Assembly: GCA_038745585.1 (NCBI GenBank)
Contig: JBCDLH010000004.1
Span: 28,521-92,520, forward strand
Direction of reading: 5' to 3'
DNA length: 64,000 nucleotides
Source of the DNA: Pseudomonadota bacterium
Lineage (GTDB): Bacteria > Pseudomonadota > Alphaproteobacteria > Rhodobacterales > Rhodobacteraceae
The translations under genes were made by a program, and so were the position numbers. Positions 1 through 9,625 of the stretch are shown piece by piece; position 1 is the stretch's first letter; every line of letters starts with the position of its first letter. The notes beneath the pieces are model-generated. The model saw only the letters and a list, made by a program, of their open reading frames with translations. It was not told the origin of the DNA and did no database searches.

Positions 1-575
1 GTCAGATCGAAAACGAGGGAGCCGCCCTCGTCGCGGTGCGATGAGCTGCGGTGCAATATCCCGCCATCTGGCAGCTTGCGCGACCAATCCAGGCTGGCTC
101 TGCCGTCGGCCTGACAAGGCCGGAAGTAGTCCGGGTCGGGCGCGCCCTTGCTGTGGCAGAACCGCGCCAAATCGACGAAGATAACGCCGCCGGGAACAAG
201 GTACCGGGCGAGGGAGGCCAAGACCCTTTTGCCGTCTTCCGGGGGGACGAGCTGCAAGCCTTCGCGCGGAAGGATGGCGAGATCGGCGCGGCTGTCCAAC
301 GTGATGTCGCGCATGTCCTGGACATGGCCTGTGACTTGACACGTCGCGCTGGCCGAGCGCGCCGCGCTCACGGCGCGGGCGACCATGCCCGGCTCAAGAT
401 CGATGACATCCAGCGCGGCGAGCCGAGGGGCCAGATGCCGCGAAAGGCGCCCAGCGCCACAGGGCGCTTCTATGACCCAGCTGACACCGCCCTGCAGCAG
501 AGACAAGACGAAGGGCACGTCCCGCGTGTCCTGATACTCAACCTCGTAGATCGCAGCACGGCGGCTATACGACAT
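1..575 (-). CDS. class I SAM-dependent methyltransferase (C-terminus runs off the left window edge)
   Basis: Own minus-strand translation from ATG (573-575): MSYSRRAAIYEVEYQDTRDVPFVLSLLQGGVSWVIEAPCGAGRLSRHLAPRLAALDVIDLEPGMV. EAPCGAG is SAM motif I and VIDLE is the acidic motif II. It is absent from the ORF track because no stop lies inside the window. It overlaps the upstream gene stop by 11 nt. Confidence 0.75.
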   Translation of the reverse strand, partial: MSYSRRAAIYEVEYQDTRDVPFVLSLLQGGVSWVIEAPCGAGRLSRHLAPRLAALDVIDLEPGMVARAVSAARSASATCQVTGHVQDMRDITLDSRADLAILPREGLQLVPPEDGKRVLASLARYLVPGGVIFVDLARFCHSKGAPDPDYFRPCQADGRASLDWSRKLPDGGILHRSSSHRDEGGSLVFDL

Positions 576-1683
576 CGGCGCGGCTGCTCTTTTCCATCTC
601 GATATGCCGAATGACCTCAGGGTGCACGACCTTGCTGCCGGACACGACGCACCCCGCTTGAGCCACTGGATCGGCTCCGCCTCCGCAGATACCGTCCGCC
701 ATGGCCAGGAGATACCGCCAGACATTGGCGTTCGTCGCTTCGGCTGCCGTAATCGGCACCGATGCGGGCATTGCGTCGATCTTGCAATGCAACACACCGT
801 GCCGCTCGTAGAACGGGTCGTCATAGGTCGTCAGCTTGTCGAAGCTGGGCATGTAGCCATTGCCATAGCCGCATGTCACATCGACAATCACGGACCCCTT
901 CTTCATGCGCGCGACAAGATCGTCCGGCACCATCGGCGGCGTATCGTAGGTGGAAATCAGGATCGCGCCGACGACAACGTCGGCTTCGAGCACCGCCTCT
1001 TCCAACGCGTCGGGCGTGTTGATGACACATTCGACATTTGCGGGAACCGTCGCCATGAATTGGCGGAGGCCGAACCAGTTGGTGCCGAACACCTTGACCT
1101 CTGCGCCCATGGCGGCGGCCAGGCGTGCGGCGCCGCCGCCGACATTGCCGTATCCGATCACGACGACCTTGGCCTTGGGGGCGCCCGGCACATCGGCCAT
1201 CAGCACACCGCGTCCGCCCATGTGGCTTTGCAAGTGGTAGGAGGCCAGGATGATCGCCATCTTGCCGGAAATCTCGTTGTCGGACACCGGCACCGGGAAA
1301 TCTCCATCGCCGGTTCTGAAGAATTCGAGCGCATAGCCCGACATGCCACTGGAGCGCATCGCTTCGACGAGGTCGAGATTGCCCTCGGCATGCATGAAGC
1401 TCGCCATATGCATTCCCGCGCGGAAGTAGCGATACTCTTCCGGCCCGGGCGCCTTGTACTTGAAGACAAGGTCAGATGTGTTCCACGCCGTGTTGGTATC
1501 GACGATCTCGGCCCCGATAGCGCGGTAGGCCGCGTCGTCATACCCAGCCAACAGGCCAGCCTTGGACTCGACAAGGACCTGATAGCCGGCTTCCGTAAAC
1601 TTGGCGGCGCCAGCCGGCAGCAGAATAACGCGCTTTTCGCCCGCGCGCTGTTCTTTCAATATCGAAACCACCTTGTCCGACAC
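565..1683 (-). CDS. alanine dehydrogenase/PNT-family NAD(P)-dependent dehydrogenase (opine- or saccharopine-type enzyme possible)
   Basis: ORF 565..1734. Rossmann motif VVVIGYGNVGGGAARLAAAMGA, with an N-terminal substrate domain of AlaDH/PNT length. I moved the start to GTG 1683 because AAGGAG lies 7 nt upstream and the longer ORF would overlap the speH-like gene. Confidence 0.8.
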   Translation of the reverse strand: MSDKVVSILKEQRAGEKRVILLPAGAAKFTEAGYQVLVESKAGLLAGYDDAAYRAIGAEIVDTNTAWNTSDLVFKYKAPGPEEYRYFRAGMHMASFMHAEGNLDLVEAMRSSGMSGYALEFFRTGDGDFPVPVSDNEISGKMAIILASYHLQSHMGGRGVLMADVPGAPKAKVVVIGYGNVGGGAARLAAAMGAEVKVFGTNWFGLRQFMATVPANVECVINTPDALEEAVLEADVVVGAILISTYDTPPMVPDDLVARMKKGSVIVDVTCGYGNGYMPSFDKLTTYDDPFYERHGVLHCKIDAMPASVPITAAEATNANVWRYLLAMADGICGGGADPVAQAGCVVSGSKVVHPEVIRHIEMEKSSRADVV

Positions 1684-1685
1684 CC

Positions 1686-2075
1686 CTACGCTCCTTCGCT
1701 TGCGGCAGAAACGAGAATACTTCCGCGCGTGCATTTGGCGATTTCCACGCGTGCAGCCTTGAACGACCCTTGCAGATAATCGACCGCCGTTTGCGGGTTG
1801 GCCCTGTCTCCGCAGACAAATACGTCAATCGCGGCGTAATGGTATTCGGGCCATGTGTGGATGCTAATGTGCGACTCCGCGAGGAGGACGACCCCGGTCA
1901 CGCCAAAGCCGTCACCAAAATTGTGGACATCGGCGCGCAAAACGGTCGCCCCCGAGGCTGTCGCCGCCTCTATCATTTCGTTTCGAACGAATTCGGCATC
2001 GTCGAGGCCGCTGCATCCATAGAACTCGGCGATCAAGTGCACGCCTAGCGGCGGGACGGAACTGGCCACACTCAC
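1686..2075 (-). CDS. speH: small pyruvoyl-dependent S-adenosylmethionine decarboxylase proenzyme-like protein (SpeH type; substrate not certain)
   Basis: 129-aa ORF with LIAEFYGC and the self-cleavage/pyruvoyl motif AESHISIHTWPE typical of class 1 AdoMetDC. GTG start with GAGG upstream. Confidence 0.8.
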   Translation of the reverse strand: MSVASSVPPLGVHLIAEFYGCSGLDDAEFVRNEMIEAATASGATVLRADVHNFGDGFGVTGVVLLAESHISIHTWPEYHYAAIDVFVCGDRANPQTAVDYLQGSFKAARVEIAKCTRGSILVSAASEGA

Positions 2076-2797
2076 ACCTCATAATCCTCGAAGATGTCCA
2101 GAAAGGCTTTCCGCAGTTGGCAAGAATCACTCCGCCAAGAGGTATAACGTTACATAAAGCTACTCTCAGATTGGGGCCGATACAAAGGTCTTCCATCGCT
2201 ACCAATGACGAGAGCTGAGATCCGCCTATGCAACGCGATGTCGGCATGGTCTTCAGACCTAGCCCCACTGCACCCGGTTTTACGGATCTGCTGCGTTCAG
2301 CGCTCCGTTGCTCGTTCTGCTTGACCATCAGAAGAGGGTGCCATGTTACGCCGCGGTTGACCTCCGGCTAAACGACCGATGGCGCACTCTCTTGCGCATT
2401 GTCGACCAGCAGGGACGCTTGATCGACGAACGCCAGACGAGGCATGTTGTACCGGCTCGAAAGAGCAATAAGCAGCATGAAACCTAAGCCCGATACACTT
2501 TAAGTACGCTGCAGACCTGTGCGAAAAACTGGGACCAATTCACACTTCTGTAAGCGCCTAGCTGGCACACCCGCGCGCACTTTTGTGAAGGATCGCGCAT
2601 TGGCAACGGCGTTTCGGAGATAGGGGCAGCGCCCACAGGGCTCCTCAATCCACAACAGCGTATCTCGCGCCTGACACGGGGCCGCCTGCGCCACAGGGGC
2701 GATACCGCAAGCTCTTCGGGACAAGCCGCGTGGATCCTAGTGGCTCCCGCGCATTGGCACCTTGCGCCGAGCGGCCGAGCTCCGGTGTTGCGCGCCC

Positions 2798-4849
2798 TCA
2801 GCGCAGCCCCAGCGCATGACGCAAGAACGCATAGCCGAGCGCCTGTTCCCGGGCGATCTCCGTCAGGGCCCCGCCGCCGCCATGCCCGCCTGCCCGCGAA
2901 TGGAAAAAGGCCGGCTGGCCGGCCTCCAGAAGCGCCGCGGCAAAGCGCCGGGAATGCGAGGGGTCGACCCGGTCGTCGCTGTCATTGGTGTCGATCAGCG
3001 CTGGCGGATAGGGCTGCGCCTCGGCGGTCGCGACTTGGTGCATCGGTGAATAGGCCAAGAGCCAGGCGCGCTCTTCGGGGACATCGGGATCGCCGTACTC
3101 ATCCATCCAGCCCGCCCCCGCAGGGAACAGATGATAGCGCAGCATATCGGTCACCGACACGCTGGCCCAGACCGCGCCGAACCGCTCGGGATACCGCGTG
3201 AGCATGACCGAACACAGCAACCCCCCGTTCGAGCCACCATGGCAGCCGATCCGCTCAGGAATGGTGTAGCCGCGCGCCACAAGGTCGGCGGCGACGGCGG
3301 CAAAATCCTCAAACGCGCGCGGCCTGTCCGGCCCCTTGGCCGCTTCGTGCCACGCCTTGCCAAACTCGCCCCCGCCCCGGATATACGCCATCACAAACGC
3401 CCCACCGCGGGCGAGCCAGAGCGGCCCGCGCAGCCGTAGGTAGGCGGGAGACATCGCCGCGCCAAAGCCGCCATAACCGTATTGCAGCACGGGCAGCGGC
3501 CCCGCGCCTTCCCCATTGCTTACCGCTGCGCGTTCGGCCGGCAGCACAATGTGATAAGGCACCTCTGTCCCATCCTCCGACACCGCCATATGGAGGCGCA
3601 CCTCCATCCCCGTCGCGTCAAAGCTCGGGGGCTCTGCAAGCAGCTTGCGAAACTGCACAGCGTTCGGGCCCGCCTCCAGGTCGAAGAGCCAGGTCGTTGA
3701 CGGCGCCAGGAACCCCGACGTTACGAGCTGCCAGGGCCCGTCCCCCATCGGCGCGGCGTCATGCGAGGTCAGTTCGACGCGCTCCGCCGAGTCGGGCAAC
3801 GGAAGTGTCACCGGAACTCCGCCCGCGACCTGCAGGTCCAGCGCGCGCAAGCGAGGCACCATCCGGTCAAGCTCCACCCAGAGCATCCAGCGGTGACCAA
3901 GAAAGATCGAGTCCGCCGAGACCGACGCATAGGCGCCCGGCGTAAAGAGGATCTGCCGCTCCGTCCCGCCCACCTCGCAGAGCACCAGAGCGCCCGTCGG
4001 CTCTGGCGCGGCGCCAGAGGCGATATAGGCATAGTGCGTCGTCGAGCAGGCCGACTGGGTGTCACGCGGGGTATCGAGCGGCACGCCCGGGCCGTCTGCC
4101 CCATCGAGGTGGAGCACCTTCTCACTGTCGCCGATCACGCGGACCCTGCTATGGACGACAGCCGATTGGCCCTCGGGCGTCGGGATCGTGAAGCTGACCG
4201 ACATCAGGTCCTCGTGGCCGACCTCGAAAACCGTGTCTCCCTCCGATGGCGCCATCCCGCGCCGCACCCGCACAACGCGGCGCGGCCAACCCGAGCGAGT
4301 CGCCGAGTTGGGCACCAGCGAGGAGGTGCCGTAAAGCACCGTTTCGGCGTCGAGCCAGCAGATGCGATTGCGCTCCGGGCCGAGGTCGAAGCCACCTGGC
4401 ACGGGCTGACCCGCCGCGGCATCCCATTCCAGATAACGCCACTGGTCCGACCCCTGGAACGACAGACACACCAGCAGGCGCTCGGCGTCGAACATCGCCG
4501 TTTCGGCGCCCCGCCAGTGCCAGTCCTCGCCGGTGTCTTGGCAAAAGGCGTCGAGGTCCAGAACGGTGCTCCAGGCGGCCTCCGGTGTCGGAGCCTCCGT
4601 CTCCGGCAGGCGCCGCCACAGGCCTCGCGGATGCGCCACATCCCGCGTGAAGGTGTAGAGCCAGGCCCCGCGACGGACGACGACCGGCAGCCTGTCATCC
4701 GTGCGCAACGCATCGACAGCCCGCTCGACATCGGCGTCATATTCCGCATCGCAAAGCGCCGCCTCTGTCCGCGCGGTTTCGCGGTCGCAAAAGCTGCGGA
4801 TGGCGGCTGCGTCGGACTCTAGTTCGGGAAACTGGATGCTATCGCTCAT
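2798..4849 (-). CDS. S9-family prolyl oligopeptidase-like serine peptidase
   Basis: 683-aa ORF. The C-terminal alpha/beta-hydrolase domain has the nucleophile elbow GCHGGSNGGLL and later DDRVDPSHS. The N-terminal region is of propeller length. Confidence 0.85.
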   Translation of the reverse strand: MSDSIQFPELESDAAAIRSFCDRETARTEAALCDAEYDADVERAVDALRTDDRLPVVVRRGAWLYTFTRDVAHPRGLWRRLPETEAPTPEAAWSTVLDLDAFCQDTGEDWHWRGAETAMFDAERLLVCLSFQGSDQWRYLEWDAAAGQPVPGGFDLGPERNRICWLDAETVLYGTSSLVPNSATRSGWPRRVVRVRRGMAPSEGDTVFEVGHEDLMSVSFTIPTPEGQSAVVHSRVRVIGDSEKVLHLDGADGPGVPLDTPRDTQSACSTTHYAYIASGAAPEPTGALVLCEVGGTERQILFTPGAYASVSADSIFLGHRWMLWVELDRMVPRLRALDLQVAGGVPVTLPLPDSAERVELTSHDAAPMGDGPWQLVTSGFLAPSTTWLFDLEAGPNAVQFRKLLAEPPSFDATGMEVRLHMAVSEDGTEVPYHIVLPAERAAVSNGEGAGPLPVLQYGYGGFGAAMSPAYLRLRGPLWLARGGAFVMAYIRGGGEFGKAWHEAAKGPDRPRAFEDFAAVAADLVARGYTIPERIGCHGGSNGGLLCSVMLTRYPERFGAVWASVSVTDMLRYHLFPAGAGWMDEYGDPDVPEERAWLLAYSPMHQVATAEAQPYPPALIDTNDSDDRVDPSHSRRFAAALLEAGQPAFFHSRAGGHGGGGALTEIAREQALGYAFLRHALGLR

Positions 4850-5221
4850 CCCTGCACCATGCAGACCCGCCGCCGCCCGATCCAGAGCCCGCCGCGCGGT
4901 CGGCCCGTTTCCGCCTTAAGCACAATTCATCGCTTGGCAACGCAAGATCGCAGCACGAGAACCTCGTCGCTTCAAGCAAGGGCAAGCATAGACGGTCTCG
5001 GCCGCGCCCACGATGCGCGGTTGCCGCAAGCCAACGCAAGAGCATCTGCTGGAGAGGTGTCGCGGTGCCAATCCTACGCCCCTGCTTCAGGTTCTCGGTT
5101 TAGGACGCGGAGACGATCTGGGCTGCGATGCTCCTACACCTGTTACGCAACACCCAGGTTTGCGGGTTTGGGTGACATTCAGTTTTAAGGCTGGTCTCGC
5201 GCAAGACTTAGCGTGCCCGGT

Positions 5222-5431
5222 TTACGCGCCCTGCGACGAGCTTGGCGGGGTATCCGCTTTGTCGTTGGGGCGCATCTTCGAGCACAGCCGACCGTTTGCG
5301 CCTGCGCTTGCGAGAGCGGTTGCCCCAACCGCAATGCCAAAGCCGATAAGAGCGCCGTTGATGAACGCACCGGCGACCACCTGCTTGGCCAAGCCAAGTG
5401 TCTTGAGTTTCACCAGCGTCGAAACAACCAT
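5222..5431 (-). CDS. small hydrophobic protein (hypothetical)
   Basis: Internal ATG of ORF 5222..5476, preceded by AAGGAGG 6 nt upstream. The product MVVSTLVKLKTLGLAKQVVAGAFINGALIGFGIAVGATALA has a Gly/Ala-rich transmembrane-like segment. Confidence 0.45.
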   Translation of the reverse strand: MVVSTLVKLKTLGLAKQVVAGAFINGALIGFGIAVGATALASAGANGRLCSKMRPNDKADTPPSSSQGA

Positions 5432-5609
5432 CGTTCGCCTCCTTTGATCAGTTGCGGCTCGCTTTCGCCCCAGCACATAGGCGCTTCGGGCTGCTTGACC
5501 ACGACCTCAAGTCACGCAGAGGAGCGGCCCAGAAGGGGATGGTGCCCTTGGACCAAGTTTTGACAAACGCTGGGCCTACTTCTTCGGCGGGGGCGACGGA
5601 GGGCAAGGC

Positions 5610-5870
5610 ATGACCACGTGGGCAGACTATGCTGTTGTCATCAGTCTCGTGTTGATGCCGTTGGCCGGCGCATCTGAGAGCGCTCGCTTTTTCGGACCAG
5701 ACAGGCCGTGGCTACTTCCCAATCGAGTAAGGTCGCTGGTCGGAGTGCTGCTCTTGAGCTGTTTGCTCGGGGGGCTCTACTTTCAGGACTATCCGCGCAG
5801 CGCGCCCCAAGACTCGCTGCAACTTGATTTCTTCGGCCAAGTTCGGACGGCTTTTAGCCGGGTCTTTTAG
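5610..5870 (+). CDS. hypothetical membrane protein
   Basis: 86-aa ORF with GGAGGG 7 nt upstream of the ATG and two hydrophobic segments (VVISLVLMPLAGA, LVGVLLLSCLLGGLYF). Confidence 0.4.
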   Translation: MTTWADYAVVISLVLMPLAGASESARFFGPDRPWLLPNRVRSLVGVLLLSCLLGGLYFQDYPRSAPQDSLQLDFFGQVRTAFSRVF

Positions 5871-5976
5871 CCCTAAGAACGGTGCTTTGCCGGTGCGCTG
5901 CGGTGGCTACGAAGCTTAGTCAGCGGCAACTGCTCCACGGCTCTGCTGCGCCCAGTGAGACCTTAACGCATCGCCA

Positions 5977-6140
5977 CTAGCAGGCCAAATGCCGACCTCG
6001 CCCGGATCGCAGGACCAGAGTTCGCCGGCAGCAACCGTGATCTTTGTCCAATTGCACCAAGGCGACAACTATGCGTGGTAGATTCGGCCCCTTTCCAAGA
6101 TGTTGCGGTTTGTTGGGCAATTTCACTAGCATCCTTCGAA
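5977..6140 (-). pseudogene. possible N-terminal fragment of an IS5-family (IS427-group) transposase
   Basis: The minus-strand peptide LVKLPNKPQHLGKGPNLPRIVVALVQLDKDHGCCRRTLVLRSGRGRHL resembles the LLPxK...R(V/L)..(I/V)LW(V/I)LR(S/T)G.PWRDLP N-terminus of these transposases but is degenerate. Confidence 0.3.
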
Positions 6141-6361
6141 AGCTCCGCACTTGCCCAACCCGATAGAACCTCTCGAACCTCTTAGTGAGTCGGCGTCGGT
6201 CTCTGCCAGTCCGAGGGGCCCACTGCACAGGCGACGCTCTCCTGCGCGTTGTATCTATCGGAGAAGCGAGGGAACGCTCAGGCGTGGTCGCGGAGACCCA
6301 CCGTGTCGGCACCATTTAAGCCATCGTCAACGCAGCTTGCGATCTCTCGTCCGTACTGCTC

Positions 6362-6799
6362 TTGACCGTGGAGTTCACAAATCGGCTGCTTGCCCTCCAG
6401 AAGTGGACTAAAGGCGACTTGAACACCAAGCTGCACGCCGTTACGGATAGCGGCGGGCGCTCGGTTCGCCTCTTCATCTCGGCCGGTCAAGTAAACGGCT
6501 CCATCGGCGCGCGAGCGTTGTGCATCTCTCTGTCGGCGCTCAACCGGTTGATCGCCGACCGCGGCTACGACGCCGATTGGTGCCGCGAAGTGCTACAGGA
6601 CAATGGGAACCAACTCTGCATCCTGGGCAGGACGCCCCGCGTCAACAAGTCCGTGCGGTACGACAAGCGCCGTTACATGCGGCGCAACCGCCCCTCTCAG
6701 CGAATGCTTGCATTCGCCTGCCGGGCAGCGATCGAGATCATGTTTTGCCGTCTAAAGGACTGGCGCCGGATCGCTACCCGCTACGACCGATGCACATAG
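6362..6799 (+). pseudogene. IS5-family DDE transposase, C-terminal fragment (decayed)
   Basis: DLNTKLHAVTDSGGRSVRLFISAGQVN...ADRGYDADWCREVL...IEIMFCRLKDWRRIATRYDRC is the characteristic IS5/IS427 C-terminal signature. The N-terminal part is missing, and an odd extra segment (RNRPSQRMLAFACRAA) precedes the IE..F.RLKDWRR motif. Confidence 0.75.
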
Positions 6800-6869
6800 G
6801 CCTTCTTTTCCGCCATCGCTCGCGCTGCAGCCATCATCTTCTGGATATGATTGGCGGTGGGTCTGCGCC

Positions 6870-8207
6870 TTAAGCTGTCAAGCCCGCCGAGCACGCCTTG
6901 GTCTCGGAGATCTCGCGCAGGTGCGTTTCGAGAGTCTCGGCGGCACGCGCCCACGTGAAGCGCGTTTGGATCCTGACCGCGCGTTCTGCGGCCTCGCGCT
7001 TCTGTTCTGGAGATCGCGTCCCGGAGGCTTGCAGGAGTATCGCATCTGCTAGGGGTTTGGCGGCGCTGGGAACGAGCCGACCCCCACTCGCCGGAGCGAT
7101 CAACGGCAAGGCGCCCGCCGGAGATCCGAGCACGGGCAAACCTGCCGCTGCAGCATCCAGCGCTGTGAGACAGAAGCCCTCCTCGGTCGATGGCTGGACG
7201 TAGAGATGCGCGCGGTCATAACACTCGGCGAGGTTGTGCTGCGCAAGCACCTCGTGCACGCGGAGGCAAACGGCGGGACGACGCTGTACGCAGCATTGCG
7301 TGCGCGCGGTCGCGCTGCCGTATTGCACCTCGATGCCGACTGCGCGCGCGCGCTCCAACACGGCGCGCCGATACCCCCGCACACGGCCATTCGGCCCGAC
7401 CATCTCCCAAATCACGCTTCGTCCTGCTTCACGAAGGCGAACGAGTGTCTCCGGGAAGAGATGCTGACCCTTGTGGGGCGCCCATCCTCCCACGGTCAAG
7501 AGGCGCAAAGGGCTGTTTCCTTGAGGTGTTCGATCCCTCGGCGGGGACAAGTCAGACAGGAGCGCCTCATTCACGCCGTGGGGGATGATCTTAATGGGAC
7601 CGCGTCTGCTAAGGCCCCACATCACGCGTTTCAGGAGGTCGGCCACGGGGGCGGACGGCGTGACGTAAAGGTCGTATGGCGAACGCCGAATGCGACGCCA
7701 GTTCTTGGCGGCCACGGCGGCAAGACGCGCACGGTCATAGCAGCGGTCCGTGAGCGGGGCGCCCGGCCATGTGCGCGCGCATTCCATCGGCGGAACATTG
7801 TGGACCGTGGCAGAGATCGGGACGCCCGCTGAACGGATCCGATGCGTGTCGATGACCTCCATAAGAAAGAGACCGAACATGACATGGATTGCATTTGGGC
7901 GTCGATCCTCCCGTTGCAAGCGAGACCTGATCTCCAAGTCTGCGGCGCGGCAAAAGGCGTAACGTGCGCTCCGCTCTGGATTGCCAACCATGGGGTAGCC
8001 GGTGCCCAGCCAAGTGGTTTTGTAGGGCAACCGGCCGAAACCGATGGCCGGTACAGCAACGGGCTTTGGACCGGGGACAAGAAGCTCAACATCGTGACCA
8101 CGGGCGGCCAAAGCGGCGCAGGTCTGATGCGCATAGTTCGCCGTTCCGCCGACCCGAGGGAGGAAGTGCTCGCTCAGCGCGAGTATCTTCAGGGGCGCGT
8201 CTTTCAT
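6870..8207 (-). CDS. GT4-family glycosyltransferase
   Basis: 445-aa ORF. N-terminal KILALSEHFLPRVGGTANY and C-terminal PSTEEGFCLTALDAAAAGLPVLGS (GT-B E-x7-E type motif). Confidence 0.8.
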   Translation of the reverse strand: MKDAPLKILALSEHFLPRVGGTANYAHQTCAALAARGHDVELLVPGPKPVAVPAIGFGRLPYKTTWLGTGYPMVGNPERSARYAFCRAADLEIRSRLQREDRRPNAIHVMFGLFLMEVIDTHRIRSAGVPISATVHNVPPMECARTWPGAPLTDRCYDRARLAAVAAKNWRRIRRSPYDLYVTPSAPVADLLKRVMWGLSRRGPIKIIPHGVNEALLSDLSPPRDRTPQGNSPLRLLTVGGWAPHKGQHLFPETLVRLREAGRSVIWEMVGPNGRVRGYRRAVLERARAVGIEVQYGSATARTQCCVQRRPAVCLRVHEVLAQHNLAECYDRAHLYVQPSTEEGFCLTALDAAAAGLPVLGSPAGALPLIAPASGGRLVPSAAKPLADAILLQASGTRSPEQKREAAERAVRIQTRFTWARAAETLETHLREISETKACSAGLTA

Positions 8208-9598
8208 TAGAGCACGGGAGGGTCGCTCGGTGTCCTCGCCGCCGATCGCTTCGTGACCGGTTCGAAGGAGCGATTGGGAAAGGAGAAACGCGCGGCTCTC
8301 CGCGGTGCATGCCTTGGGGCGTTCTGGAGTTGGCCCAGCGAAACGCCGACGAAGAGCGCTACGTAGAGTTGGGTTAGGATTGTGAGGCTTTGAACCGTCA
8401 GAAAGAGAAGCGCGAGCGTCAGAAACACCTGCCCGTTTCGCCAGAGTTGCAGGATCAAACCGATCAGCCCGCTGTAGAAGAGCAGAGCCCCGATCGCTCC
8501 GAAATCGAATGTGAGTTCGAAGAAGGTCGAATTCATTGGGACGAGGCTACCGCCGTCCCCGTATCCAGCGCCCGGCCCGTATTCCCGATTAAGCACTTTG
8601 TAATATTGTCCAATGCCGACACCCGTCGCAATTTGCCAGGGGTGTTCGAAGAAGTAATCCTGCGCGTAAAGCTCCTGCCGATAGACGCGCTGCCCCTCGA
8701 GACCGACCTCTATTTCAGCGACGCGCCGTTCGACGCCATGCTGGATGGTCTCGGCAATTGGCTGCCCGTACCCGAGCGCGAAAGCGAGGAGGAGAGCCCC
8801 CGCGCCCGGGACGAGCCAGGCTTGCATTCGAATAGGATAGAGGATGGCGCATGCGGCGAGGAAGAGCGCTATCGCGAGAAAGTAGGACCCCGCAAATGTT
8901 GTTATGGAGATGGCGAGCACGCCTGCTCCGGCGACGTGGTATCGGCGGCGGGGTTTGCCGGTCTGCTCGGCAGCGAGGGCAAAGCAAGCAAGAGCGCTGA
9001 CGAACATCACATAGCCAAGGCGTTTCGGCTCATTGGCAAGAGAATTTATGCGCAGGAGGCCATTCTCGAAGGCTATATCCGCGCCCCGGGTCCCGCGCAC
9101 AATCCCGCGCATGGGCAAGCCGGCGTAAAAGGCAACGATCTGATAAGCACCGTAGAGGGCGAGAACGACCCCCAGGACCGCAAAGCCTCTTACGAAGAGT
9201 GCGTAGCCCTCGGCCGTACGGGACATCTCATAGCTGAACAGGAGGAGCGCGAAGGCGCTGAGGTAGTAAAGTGATCGGATCGCGGCGCGTTCCAGATCCG
9301 TCCCGGTGGAGAAAGCGTAGAGCGCGGACAGGCAAAAGATCAAGAACAACGCGCCAAGGATAGGACGTGCACTTCGCGGGAGGAAGACCCGCGCCCTTAA
9401 TCCAATCCGCGCAAGAAGAAGGAGCGGAATAGTTTGCCAAAGGGTCAGCAGCGTTAGGAAGGGGATAAAGAAATAGAGGCACAGTGCGGACGGAAGATAG
9501 GCCATCAGTCGTACCGGGCGCCGTATTAAGAGCCATGCAGCGAGCGCTGTAGCTCCAAGCACAAAGAGCGAGTCAAAGGGTGAGTAGCCAAAAATCAT
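8207..9598 (-). CDS. O-antigen polymerase/ligase-like (Wzy-type) polytopic membrane protein
   Basis: 463-aa ORF, hydrophobic throughout with at least 10 predicted TM segments. It sits within a glycosyltransferase block. The call rests on architecture only. Confidence 0.6.
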   Translation of the reverse strand: MIFGYSPFDSLFVLGATALAAWLLIRRPVRLMAYLPSALCLYFFIPFLTLLTLWQTIPLLLLARIGLRARVFLPRSARPILGALFLIFCLSALYAFSTGTDLERAAIRSLYYLSAFALLLFSYEMSRTAEGYALFVRGFAVLGVVLALYGAYQIVAFYAGLPMRGIVRGTRGADIAFENGLLRINSLANEPKRLGYVMFVSALACFALAAEQTGKPRRRYHVAGAGVLAISITTFAGSYFLAIALFLAACAILYPIRMQAWLVPGAGALLLAFALGYGQPIAETIQHGVERRVAEIEVGLEGQRVYRQELYAQDYFFEHPWQIATGVGIGQYYKVLNREYGPGAGYGDGGSLVPMNSTFFELTFDFGAIGALLFYSGLIGLILQLWRNGQVFLTLALLFLTVQSLTILTQLYVALFVGVSLGQLQNAPRHAPRRAARFSFPNRSFEPVTKRSAARTPSDPPVL

Positions 9599-9625
9599 GG
9601 AGATACGCGCTGCACGTTGGTCGCT

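Noticed and set aside
604-1779. 391-aa plus-strand ORF, and similar long ORFs at 51..614(+), 3761..4822(+), 8390..9274(+), 25965..27272(+) and 33786..35159(+)
   Set aside because: Each lies antisense to a gene with clear family motifs or balanced composition. Their translations are Arg/Ala/Pro/Ser/Gly-rich, as expected from shadow frames in high-GC DNA, and none shows a recognisable motif.
2076-2500. Possible SAM-type riboswitch in the leader of the speH-like operon
   Set aside because: I read the minus-strand leader and found none of the conserved SAM-II, SAM-V or SAM/SAH elements I can recall. This needs cmscan; no claim is made.
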